Shown: positions 17,694 through 26,574 of the stretch, piece after piece | How the letters are laid out: each line of letters begins with the position of its first letter | Position numbering within the stretch: the stretch's first letter is position 1 | Source: Longimicrobiales bacterium | GTDB lineage: Bacteria; Gemmatimonadota; Gemmatimonadetes; Longimicrobiales; RSA9 | Length of the DNA stretch: 64,000 nucleotides | Assembly: GCA_036374995.1 (NCBI GenBank) | Contig: DASUSS010000077.1 | Span: 2,352-66,351, forward strand | Direction: 5' to 3' | The notes under the pieces: model-generated | The model's database searches: none | What the model saw: only the letters and a program-made list of their open reading frames with translations | What the model was told of the DNA's origin: nothing | Program-made: the position numbers and the translations under genes

Positions 17694-18367
17694 GCAGGAT
17701 CGCCGTAGTGGTTCCCGCCGGTGGCGCGGGCCGGCGCATGGGCGGCGTAGTGAAGCCGCTGCTCGAGCTGTGCGGTACGCCGCTGCTTCAGCACACACTG
17801 GCGCCGTTTCTCGCCCGATCGGACGTGCAGTGGGTCGTCGTCGCGATGCCGGCGGAGCTTGCGGCCGCACCGCCGCACTGGCTGCTGGGTGATCCGCGCA
17901 TCGACGTCGTCGCGGGCGGCGCGGAGCGCGTCGACTCCGTGCGCCACGCGCTCGCTGCCGTTCCGCCCGCCGCCGACATCGTGCTCGTGCACGATGCGGC
18001 GCGCCCGCTCGTGAGCGCGGCGGTGATCGAGCGTTGCATTGCCGCCGCGGCCCAGGGTCGCTCCGCCATTGCGGCCGTCCCCGTCACCGACACGATCAAG
18101 GAAGTCGACGACGGCGGCCGCATCGTGAGCACGCCCGACCGACGACGTCTGTGGGCGGCGCAGACGCCGCAGGCCTTTCCCGCGGAGGTGCTGCGGGATG
18201 CGCACGCGCGTGCCGTCGCCGAGCGCGTCTCGGCAACCGATGACGCCGCCCTCGTCGCCCGCTTCGGCGGCACGGTGGTGGTCGTCGAGGGTGCGCCGGA
18301 GAACCTGAAGATCACGACGCCCGCCGACCTCGCCGTGGCGGAGGCGCTGCTCGCGGCGCGCCCGTGA
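17690..18367 (+). CDS. ispD: 2-C-methyl-D-erythritol 4-phosphate cytidylyltransferase
   Basis: VVPAGGAGRRMG N-terminal motif, VLVHDAARP, TDTIK. GTGA overlap with the radA stop. Confidence 0.88.
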   Translation: MSRIAVVVPAGGAGRRMGGVVKPLLELCGTPLLQHTLAPFLARSDVQWVVVAMPAELAAAPPHWLLGDPRIDVVAGGAERVDSVRHALAAVPPAADIVLVHDAARPLVSAAVIERCIAAAAQGRSAIAAVPVTDTIKEVDDGGRIVSTPDRRRLWAAQTPQAFPAEVLRDAHARAVAERVSATDDAALVARFGGTVVVVEGAPENLKITTPADLAVAEALLAARP

Positions 18368-19017
18368 AGCGGCTCCCGACCCGGAGCCGGGCCGAGATCG
18401 ACGCCGCGTTGCCGGGCGTGCTCCGCCAGCTGCGCAGCGACGGTCTCATCGCCTATCCGACGGAGACGGTGTACGGTTTCGGCGGCGCGACCAGCGAGCG
18501 GGCCGTACAGCGGCTGCGCGCGCTGAAGCGGCGCGAGGCGCTCAAGCCGTTTCTGCTGCTCGTGCCGTCGCCCGACCAGGCACCGGGCGTGCAGTGGTCG
18601 GCCGCTGCGCGCGCGGTGGCGCAGCGGTTCTGGCCGGGTCCGCTCACGCTCGCGCTGCCCGCGGTGCCGAACGGCTTCCCGCAGGGTATCATCTCGTCGG
18701 AGGGTACCGTTGCACTGCGCGCATCGCCGCACCCGTTCGTGCGTGCGCTGATGGCGGCCTGGCAGGCACCGATCACGTCGACGAGCGCGAACGCGCCGGG
18801 CAGTCCGCCGGCTCGGGACGCGGACGGCGTGCTGGCCGCGCTCGAGGAGATCGGGGTGCGGGACGTGCTGGTACTCGATGCCGGACGGTTGCCGGAATCG
18901 GCGCCATCGACCATCGTCGCGGTCGCCGATCACAGGGTCCGGGTACTGCGGGCCGGCGCGATCGGCATCGACGAACTGCGGAACGAGCTGTCAGGGATCG
19001 GAATTCATGTCGAGTAG
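18364..19017 (+). CDS. tsaC: L-threonylcarbamoyladenylate synthase (TsaC/YrdC/Sua5 family)
   Basis: IAYPTETVYGFGG, FWPGPLTL, SANAPG motifs. GTGA overlap with the ispD stop. Confidence 0.88.
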   Translation: MKRLPTRSRAEIDAALPGVLRQLRSDGLIAYPTETVYGFGGATSERAVQRLRALKRREALKPFLLLVPSPDQAPGVQWSAAARAVAQRFWPGPLTLALPAVPNGFPQGIISSEGTVALRASPHPFVRALMAAWQAPITSTSANAPGSPPARDADGVLAALEEIGVRDVLVLDAGRLPESAPSTIVAVADHRVRVLRAGAIGIDELRNELSGIGIHVE

Positions 19018-19510
19018 TGCGCCGCAGCCCCGGGCGGAGGGGACGACGTACAATCTTCTTTTCGTGTGCAGCGGCAACACGTGTCGCAGCCCGATGGCCG
19101 AAGCGATCGCGCGCGCGATGCTGCGCGAGCGCGGCTGGACGCATGTCGAGGTCCAGTCGGCCGGGACCGGCGCGGTGCCGGGCGCGGCGGCCTCGCCCGA
19201 GGCCATCCTGGTCGCGCGCGAGCACGACCTGGATCTCGAGCAGCACACCTCGCAGCCACTCACACCGCAGCTGATCGCGTGGGCCGACCTCGTGCTCACC
19301 ATGAGCACCTCGCACATGTATGCCGTCTCCGACCTCGGCGGCGCCGAGAAGGTCGCGCTCGTCACGGACTTCATCGACGGTGCGGGCAGCGGCGAGCCGG
19401 TCGCGGATCCGTTCGGCAGCGACCCGTCGGGTTACCGGGAGGCGTTCGTGCAGATCCGCGCCGCCGTGACGAGCCTCCTCGACCGGCTGGAGCCGATCCT
19501 CTCGCCCTGA
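19007..19510 (+). CDS. low-molecular-weight phosphatase family protein (YwlE-like P-loop CSGNTCRS)
   Basis: LLFVCSGNTCRSPMAEAIA P-loop and C-terminal DPFG motif. Overlaps the tsaC end by 11 nt. Start at the in-frame ATG at 19007. Confidence 0.82.
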   Translation: MSSSAPQPRAEGTTYNLLFVCSGNTCRSPMAEAIARAMLRERGWTHVEVQSAGTGAVPGAAASPEAILVAREHDLDLEQHTSQPLTPQLIAWADLVLTMSTSHMYAVSDLGGAEKVALVTDFIDGAGSGEPVADPFGSDPSGYREAFVQIRAAVTSLLDRLEPILSP

Positions 19511-20349
19511 TGGCCGAACCACCGACTGCGGCGACGCGGCTCTTCCTGCTGCTCGGCGATCCGGTCGAGCATTCGTTGTCCCCCGTCTTCCAGAACGCCG
19601 CGATCCGCGACCGCCGGATCGACGCCGTCTACGCGGCACTCCGCTGCGACCGTCAGAGCGTCGGCCCGCTGATGCGGGCGCTGTGCCGCGCGAACGGCGG
19701 CGGCAACGTCACGACCCCACACAAGGCGGCTGCCGCGGAGTGCATCGAGCGACCCACGGAAGCGGTGAGGCGGACGGGGGTGTGCAACACGTTCTGGGGC
19801 GCAGCCGGCACGATCTGCGGCGACAACACCGATGTCGCGGGTTTCACCCACGCGGCCTCGCTCCTGCTGCCGACGCTCGCGGGCACGTCCTGCCTGATCA
19901 TCGGCGCGGGCGGCGCCGCGGCGGCCGCGGCATGCGCGTTGATCGATGCGGGCGCCGCGAGCGTGGTGCTGATCAATCGGTCCCCCGATCGCGCCCGGTT
20001 GCTCGCCGAGCGGCTCGATACACGCGACACCACCGTCCGCGTCTGCCTCTCGGCGAAGGAGCTCGCCGGCGCGACGCTCGATCTCGTCGTCAATGCCAGC
20101 GCGGGCGGCCTGCGCGATGACGACGCGCCACCGTTCGACCTCGCGACACCCGCTCGCGTGCGCGCCGCCCTCGATCTCAGCTACCGCCGCGACCGCAGCA
20201 CGCCGTTCGTCCGGCAGGCGCGGCGCCTCGGCATCAGGGCCGCCGATGGCACCGAGATGCTCCTCGCGCAGGGCGCCGCCGCGTTCGCGCTCTGGTTCGG
20301 CGGCGAACCGCCCCTCTCCCTCATGCGCGACGCGCTCGCCGCATCGTAG
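19510..20349 (+). CDS. aroE: shikimate dehydrogenase
   Basis: LLGDPVEHSLSPVFQNAA, NVTTPHK, NTDVAGF, GAGGAA Rossmann motif. ATGA overlap with the upstream stop. Confidence 0.9.
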   Translation: MAEPPTAATRLFLLLGDPVEHSLSPVFQNAAIRDRRIDAVYAALRCDRQSVGPLMRALCRANGGGNVTTPHKAAAAECIERPTEAVRRTGVCNTFWGAAGTICGDNTDVAGFTHAASLLLPTLAGTSCLIIGAGGAAAAAACALIDAGAASVVLINRSPDRARLLAERLDTRDTTVRVCLSAKELAGATLDLVVNASAGGLRDDDAPPFDLATPARVRAALDLSYRRDRSTPFVRQARRLGIRAADGTEMLLAQGAAAFALWFGGEPPLSLMRDALAAS

Positions 20350-20400
20350 CTCGTTCCATCCCGCCATGGCGCCGCCCCGCGTGCGCGGCCATCTCACCCC

Positions 20401-21129
20401 ATGGCCATCCTCCACGCCCTGCTCGACCTGGTCCTCGCGCCCATCTGTCTCGGCTGCGATGCGCTCATCGCGCCCGGCGATGCGGCGCGCCTCGTCTGCC
20501 GCCGCTGTCGCTCCCGCCTGCGACCGCCACCCGCCCCACAGTGCCCGCGCTGCGGCGCACCGAAGCGCATGACCGGCATCGTCACGGATACGTTCACATG
20601 CCCGGAGTGCAGGGAATGGCCGGACGTTCTGCGATTCGCGCGCTGCGCCTGCCTGCTGGAGCCGCCCGCAGACCGACTCGTGCATCAGCTGAAGTACCGC
20701 GGCTGGCGGGCTCTCGGCGGACCGCTCGGCGAGCGCATGGCGGCCGTGACGTGGCCGCTCGGCGTGCACGAGCCGGCCATCATCACCGCGGTCCCGACGA
20801 CACCGCGACGGCGCCGCGAGCGCGGCTACAACCAGGCCGAAGTGCTCGCCGCGTCGTTCGCGCACGCCACAGCACGCACGCTGCGGCCTTTGCTCCACCG
20901 CACCGCCGCCGCACGCACGCAGACCACCTTGCAGCCCGCTGCACGCCGGGCTAACGTGGCCGGGGCCTTCGCCCCGGTCGCCGATGCCACCGGACTGCAC
21001 GTCATCCTCGTCGACGATGTGCTCACGACCGGTGCGACGGCCCTCGAATGCGCCGGCGCACTCGCTGCCGCCGGCGCGTGCTGTGTGCGACTGATCACTT
21101 TCGCCCGGGCCTTTCAGATCCGTGGCTGA
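20401..21129 (+). CDS. comF: ComF family protein (phosphoribosyltransferase domain)
   Basis: N-terminal Cys-rich zinc-finger-like region (CLGC...CRRC...CPRCG...CPEC), RGYNQAE, and PRT motif VILVDDVLTTGAT. Confidence 0.85.
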   Translation: MAILHALLDLVLAPICLGCDALIAPGDAARLVCRRCRSRLRPPPAPQCPRCGAPKRMTGIVTDTFTCPECREWPDVLRFARCACLLEPPADRLVHQLKYRGWRALGGPLGERMAAVTWPLGVHEPAIITAVPTTPRRRRERGYNQAEVLAASFAHATARTLRPLLHRTAAARTQTTLQPAARRANVAGAFAPVADATGLHVILVDDVLTTGATALECAGALAAAGACCVRLITFARAFQIRG

Positions 21130-22176
<1,047 letters not shown>

Positions 22177-22294
22177 GTGGAGACAGATAAACTATTATTC
22201 TATAGTATTTTACGCATAATCTCCGGAGACGTTGTCGGGCCGCCGGACGGACGGCGGCGGGAATGGACGGCGAGCGGCACGGTGCGGGATCTCA

Positions 22295-22323
22295 TTGACC
22301 CGGTGCACGCAGGGGATTAGCGT
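22295..22323 (+). promoter_or_regulatory. candidate promoter: TTGACC, 17-bp spacer, TAGCGT
   Basis: Hexamers at 22295-22300 and 22318-22323, about 100 nt upstream of the zinc-ribbon ORF. Confidence 0.3.
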
Positions 22324-22424
22324 TCGAAGAGCGGGCGTCGCGTCCGATGAGGCCCATGCGCGTCGTGTGGCATGCATCTGGCCAGATCGGAAACCGGAGC
22401 GTAAACGCCGGCGCTGGAGGACTA

Positions 22425-22628
22425 ATGATGGCCACTCAGGGTGAGCAGCTCTACGGGACGTATCGGTGTCCTGTGTGCGGTCACCGGGACGCGGCGGAGC
22501 TGGCGGCGGAGGAGGGTTCGCGCGTGGTGGCGTGCACCTACTGCAACACGCCGCTCGAGGTTTCCGCACGAGGAGCCGATTCCGTTCGCTTTTCCGTGCA
22601 GGTGGCCGAAGAGCCGATCAACGGCTGA
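22425..22628 (+). CDS. small zinc-ribbon protein (67 aa), function unknown
   Basis: MMATQGEQLYGTYRCPVCGHRD...VACTYCNTPLEV, i.e. CxxC...CxxC. RBS GGAGG at 22416-22420. Followed by a strong intrinsic terminator. GC-rich third codon positions. Confidence 0.6.
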   Translation: MMATQGEQLYGTYRCPVCGHRDAAELAAEEGSRVVACTYCNTPLEVSARGADSVRFSVQVAEEPING

Positions 22629-22653
22629 TCCGCAGAGAGGACCGGCAGGCAGG

Positions 22654-22689
22654 GCGGCCGCGGTGAGAACCGCGGCCGCTTTTTCATTT
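22654..22689 (+). terminator. intrinsic terminator after the zinc-ribbon gene
   Basis: GCGGCCGCGG (22654-22663), loop TGAGAA, CCGCGGCCGC (22670-22679), then TTTTTCATTT. Confidence 0.8.
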
Positions 22690-22699
22690 CGAGGACGAG

Positions 22700-23623
22700 A
22701 TGCGGGATCGCACGGGAGTTCGGGCGGCGATGCAGCGGCTGCTCGAGCTGGTGGATGCGCCGGTCCGCAGTGTGTGGAGCGGACGGGAGGGTCAGCGTAT
22801 CCATCACCTGGAGGCGGGCGGTGGCGCGGTGGTGATCCTGCTGCACGGCGGGACCGGTGGCGGAGCGAACTGGTTCCGGCTGATCGGTCCGCTCGCGCGT
22901 TCGTTCCGGGTACTGGCGCCGGATCTTCCGGGATTCGGCCTGTCGGATCCGCTCAGTCCGTCGGCGCCGCTCGGCCGGGTGGCTGCGGATCTGCTGGTGG
23001 AATGGCTGGAGGTGCAGGAGGTATCCCAGGCGCTGGTCGTCGGCACGTCGTTCGGTGGCCTGGCGGCGCTGCGACTCACGCAGCGTGCGCCGGGCGTGAG
23101 CGGGCTCCTGCTCCTGGATTCCGCGGGACTCGGGCGGGCCATTCATGCGTCCGTGCGATTCATCACCGCCCTGCCGCTGCCGTCCGCGGTGATGCGTCCG
23201 AGCCGGCGTGTCACGGCGCTCACGGTTAGGTGGCTGCTGACGACCGACCTGTCGGAGCTGCCTTCCGACCACCGGGAACGACTCATCGACTATCTGTATG
23301 CGAGCGCACGTGCGACCGGCGCTGCCTACGTGCTGCGTACGCTCCGGCTGTTCGCGGGAGTGCGCGGGCAGCGCGAAGTGGTGACCGGTGAGGAGCTGGC
23401 GTCACTCGGCCGGCCGGTGTCCATCGTCTGGGGTGAGCGGGACCGGCTGATACCCGTGTCGCAGGCGCGCGCGGCGGCGGCGCGGATCCCGCGAGCCGTG
23501 CTGCACGTCGTGCCGCGCGTCGGCCATTCGCCGAACTGGGAGCGGCCTGCGGCGGTGCTCGAGGCCGTTCTGCAGCTGGCACGACGAGCGGCCTCCGGCT
23601 TGCCGGATCGCGCGGCAGACTGA
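22700..23623 (+). CDS. alpha/beta hydrolase fold protein
   Basis: VVILLHGGTGGGANW, nucleophile elbow GTSFGG, C-terminal GHSPNWE. Confidence 0.85.
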   Translation: MRDRTGVRAAMQRLLELVDAPVRSVWSGREGQRIHHLEAGGGAVVILLHGGTGGGANWFRLIGPLARSFRVLAPDLPGFGLSDPLSPSAPLGRVAADLLVEWLEVQEVSQALVVGTSFGGLAALRLTQRAPGVSGLLLLDSAGLGRAIHASVRFITALPLPSAVMRPSRRVTALTVRWLLTTDLSELPSDHRERLIDYLYASARATGAAYVLRTLRLFAGVRGQREVVTGEELASLGRPVSIVWGERDRLIPVSQARAAAARIPRAVLHVVPRVGHSPNWERPAAVLEAVLQLARRAASGLPDRAAD

Positions 23624-23662
23624 ACCTTCCTGCGTGCGATCACGGCTCCGACAGGATGAAGG

Positions 23663-24877
23663 ATGAGCAAACGGAACATCACGGATCTGCCGCCGGACGC
23701 GCTGCGCGGCAAGCGCGTGCTGGTTCGCGTGGATTACAACGTGCCGATCGAGGACGGTCGCGTCACGGATGATACGCGGATTCGCGCCACACTCCCGACG
23801 TTGAAGCGGCTCACGGATTCGGGCGCTCGCGTGCTGCTCGTGTCGCATCTGGGCCGGCCGAAGGGGCAGTGGCGCGAAGACATGTCACTCGCGCCTGCCG
23901 CGGACCGGCTGCGCGAGCTGGTCGACGCACCGGTCCACTTCGTGGCCGATGTCGTGGGCGGTGAAGCGAAGTCTGCGGCGGATGCGCTGCCGCAGGGCTC
24001 GATTCTCGTGCTCGAGAACGTACGCTTCCTCGCCGGCGAGGAGACGAACGACCCGAAGCTGAGCGAGGCGCTGGCGGGAGTGGCGGACATCTACGTCAAC
24101 GATGCGTTCGGCTCGGCGCATCGCGCGCACGCATCGACCTGTGGTGTGGCGGAGGTCATGAAGCAGGCGGGTCGGCCGGCCGTGGCCGGCGTTCTGATGG
24201 AGCGCGAGCTGCGGTTCCTCGGGCGCGCGCTGGAATCGCCGGAGCCGCCATTCGTCGCGATCCTCGGCGGCGCGAAGATCTCGGGCAAGATCGATGTCAT
24301 CGAGAACCTGCTGCCGCGCGTCGACCGGCTGCTGATCGGCGGCGCGATGGCGAACACGTTCTTCCGCGCGCTCGGCCTCGAGACGGGGACATCACTCGTC
24401 GAGGAGGATCGCATCGACATGGCGCGCACACTGCTCGCCCGCGCCGGCGAGAAGATCGTGCTGCCCGTCGACTGTGTAGTGGCGAGCGAGGCGAAGGCGG
24501 GCGCGCGGACCTGGGTGCTCGCGCGCGACGAGGTGCCGCCCGAGGGCTCGATCCTGGACATCGGGCCGAAGAGCGTGGCCACGTTCCGCGACATCATCGA
24601 GCGGGCACGGACCATCCTGTGGAACGGGCCGATGGGTCTGTTCGAGATCGACGACTTCGCTGAGGGCACGATCGGCATCGCGCGCGCCGTCGCCGATGCG
24701 ACGGACGGGGGCGCGACCACGATCGTCGGCGGCGGCGACACCGCCGCGGCGGTCGAGAGTGCAGGCGTCGCCGGGCGGGTGACGCACGTCTCCACGGGCG
24801 GCGGCGCGTCCCTCGAGTTTCTCGAGGGTCGCTCGCTGCCGGGCGTGGCCGTTCTCGATGACGGAGGCACCGGGTGA
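23663..24877 (+). CDS. pgk: phosphoglycerate kinase
   Basis: RVDYNVP, SHLGRPKG, FGSAHRAHAST, STGGGASLE. Confidence 0.94.
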   Translation: MSKRNITDLPPDALRGKRVLVRVDYNVPIEDGRVTDDTRIRATLPTLKRLTDSGARVLLVSHLGRPKGQWREDMSLAPAADRLRELVDAPVHFVADVVGGEAKSAADALPQGSILVLENVRFLAGEETNDPKLSEALAGVADIYVNDAFGSAHRAHASTCGVAEVMKQAGRPAVAGVLMERELRFLGRALESPEPPFVAILGGAKISGKIDVIENLLPRVDRLLIGGAMANTFFRALGLETGTSLVEEDRIDMARTLLARAGEKIVLPVDCVVASEAKAGARTWVLARDEVPPEGSILDIGPKSVATFRDIIERARTILWNGPMGLFEIDDFAEGTIGIARAVADATDGGATTIVGGGDTAAAVESAGVAGRVTHVSTGGGASLEFLEGRSLPGVAVLDDGGTG

Positions 24878-25638
24878 CTCATCGCGTACGCCGGCCCGTG
24901 CTCGCCGGCAACTGGAAGATGAACAAGGGACCCTCGGAGGCGGAGGCGTTCTTCCGCGAGTTCATCCGCCTTTACGAGCCGCGCGCGGACCGGACCGTCG
25001 TGTTCTTCCCGCCGGCGATCTCCCTGCCGGCGGCAGGGGCTGCTCTCGTCGGGAGGCCCGACATCGGCCTCGGCGTCCAGAACATCCACTGGGAGGAGAG
25101 CGGCGCGTTCACGGGCGAGGTGTCGGCCGGCATGGCCGCGGCCGCCGGCGCACACTACGTCCTCGCCGGTCACTCGGAACGGCGTCACGTCTTCGGCGAG
25201 ACGGACGAGCAGGTCGGCCGGAAGACGGCGGCCGCGCTCGCCGCAGGGCTGCTTCCCATCGCCTGCGTCGGCGAGACGCTCGACGAGCGGCGCGGCGGCC
25301 GCCTCCGCGACGTGCTGCTGCGCCAGCTCGATGCCGTGCTCGACGCCGTGCCCGCCGCAGCGCTGGACACACTGCTCATCGCGTACGAGCCCGTGTGGGC
25401 CATCGGCACGGGCGTGAATGCCACCCCGGCGGACGCATCCGAAGCGCACGCGATCCTGCGCGCCCGCCTCACGGAACGCTCCGGCGCCCGCGCCGCGGCC
25501 GAGCTCCCCGTTCTCTACGGCGGTTCGGTGAAGCCGGACAATGCCGCGGAGCTCCTTGCCGCCGACGGCGTCGATGGGCTCCTGGTCGGCGGGGCGAGCC
25601 TCGATCCCGGCGCGTTCGCCCGCATCGCCGCTACCTGA
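24874..25638 (+). CDS. tpiA: triose-phosphate isomerase
   Basis: AGNWKMN, GHSERR, AYEPVWAIGTG, YGGSV. GTGA overlap with the pgk stop. Confidence 0.94.
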   Translation: MTHRVRRPVLAGNWKMNKGPSEAEAFFREFIRLYEPRADRTVVFFPPAISLPAAGAALVGRPDIGLGVQNIHWEESGAFTGEVSAGMAAAAGAHYVLAGHSERRHVFGETDEQVGRKTAAALAAGLLPIACVGETLDERRGGRLRDVLLRQLDAVLDAVPAAALDTLLIAYEPVWAIGTGVNATPADASEAHAILRARLTERSGARAAAELPVLYGGSVKPDNAAELLAADGVDGLLVGGASLDPGAFARIAAT

Positions 25639-25720
25639 CCCGGCGCTCGGGACTTGCCACGGCGCACCGTTTCTGTGACCTTTACCGGCTGACCTGTCAC
25701 GCAATCCAACGGAGCCTGTC

Positions 25721-26092
25721 GTGTACGGATTCCTGCTCACGCTGCTGCTGATCGTCGGGGTATTCCTCACCGTCATCGTCCTCCTCCAGGCGGGGAAGGG
25801 CGGTGGTCTCGCCGCCATGGGCGGCGGGGGCAGCAGCTCGGATACACTGATCGGCGGCCGCCAGGCGGCGACCCTCCTGACGAAGGCGACGTGGGTGAGC
25901 GGCGGCCTCTTCCTCGCCATCGCGCTCGCCCTCTCGGTGATGTCATCGCGGATGGCGCAGCCCGACTCCGTGCTTCAGGGCCAGTTCCAGCCGGCCGCGC
26001 CGGTCACCCCGTCGCCGCTGCCGGGCATCGAGTCGGAGGCGCCGGCGACCGCGCCGGCCCCCGAGGGCGGCACGGACCAGCCTGACCAGTAG
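25721..26092 (+). CDS. secG: preprotein translocase subunit SecG
   Basis: Two TM helices with a central LLQAGKGGGL motif. Canonical position after tpiA. GTG start with GGAG 6 nt upstream. Confidence 0.85.
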   Translation: MYGFLLTLLLIVGVFLTVIVLLQAGKGGGLAAMGGGGSSSDTLIGGRQAATLLTKATWVSGGLFLAIALALSVMSSRMAQPDSVLQGQFQPAAPVTPSPLPGIESEAPATAPAPEGGTDQPDQ

Positions 26093-26114
26093 TTCCCGGT
26101 TCTCCGATGACGAC

Positions 26115-26150
26115 GAGCCCGGTGCGAAAAGCGCCGGGCTCTCTGTTTTT
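26115..26150 (+). terminator. intrinsic terminator after secG
   Basis: GAGCCCGG (26115-26122) pairs with CCGGGCTC (26134-26141), followed by TCTGTTTTT. Confidence 0.75.
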
Positions 26151-26172
26151 GCGGGGCTGTGTTGCGGTTGGC

Positions 26173-26379
26173 TCAGGGCAGAATGATCGAGCGATCGTGG
26201 CCGTAGCCGAGAGAAACGTCGTAGGTCGACTCGTACGGGCCGAGCCCGGACTCGCCGAGCTGCTGCCGGTTGCCGGTTTCGCCCGTCGGCCGCGGTGGCT
26301 GCCTGTATACGGAGGTGTTCTCGCGGGTCGTCGACCGGTCGCTCCAGCGCTTCGTGCTGCGCTTCGCCTTCCGCTTCAT
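26173..26379 (-). CDS. hypothetical small basic protein (68 aa)
   Basis: MKRKAKRSTKRWSDRS... Strong RBS (GAAGGAGGCAGG then ATG on the minus strand). Third codon positions mostly G/C as in real genes here. No family recognised. Confidence 0.5.
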   Translation of the reverse strand: MKRKAKRSTKRWSDRSTTRENTSVYRQPPRPTGETGNRQQLGESGLGPYESTYDVSLGYGHDRSIILP

Positions 26380-26395
26380 CCTGCCTCCTTCAGAT

Positions 26396-26428
26396 GAAAA
26401 GCCCGGCCTCCAGCAGGAGGTCGGGCTT
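26396..26428 (-). terminator. terminator-like hairpin in the leader of the small basic ORF (minus strand)
   Basis: Minus strand: AAGCCCGACCTCC, loop TGCT, GGAGGCCGGGCTT (12 of 13 bp), then TTC. Sits between the candidate minus-strand promoter and the RBS. Confidence 0.4.
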
Positions 26429-26466
26429 CATCGCTGGCCTGCGCGCCGCGCGCCGGCCGACTTCGA

Positions 26467-26495
26467 ATGCTAGCGCAAGTCGGGCAGCGACACAA
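26467..26495 (-). promoter_or_regulatory. candidate minus-strand promoter: TTGTGT, 17-bp spacer, TAGCAT
   Basis: Reverse complement of 26490-26495 is TTGTGT and of 26467-26472 is TAGCAT. Divergent from the E1-alpha gene. Confidence 0.3.
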
Positions 26496-26574
26496 GCGTT
26501 CGCGCTTGACCACACCCCCGCACGCGACCATTTTCACGCGTTTCGCGCCCAGGAACGCTCGAACGAGGGACATC

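Noticed and set aside
26390-26431. A 13-codon upstream ORF on the minus strand (MKPDLLLEAGLFI) that spans the leader hairpin of the small basic gene.
   Set aside because: It has no RBS, lies almost entirely within a stable hairpin, and has no informative codon composition. It is most likely coincidental.
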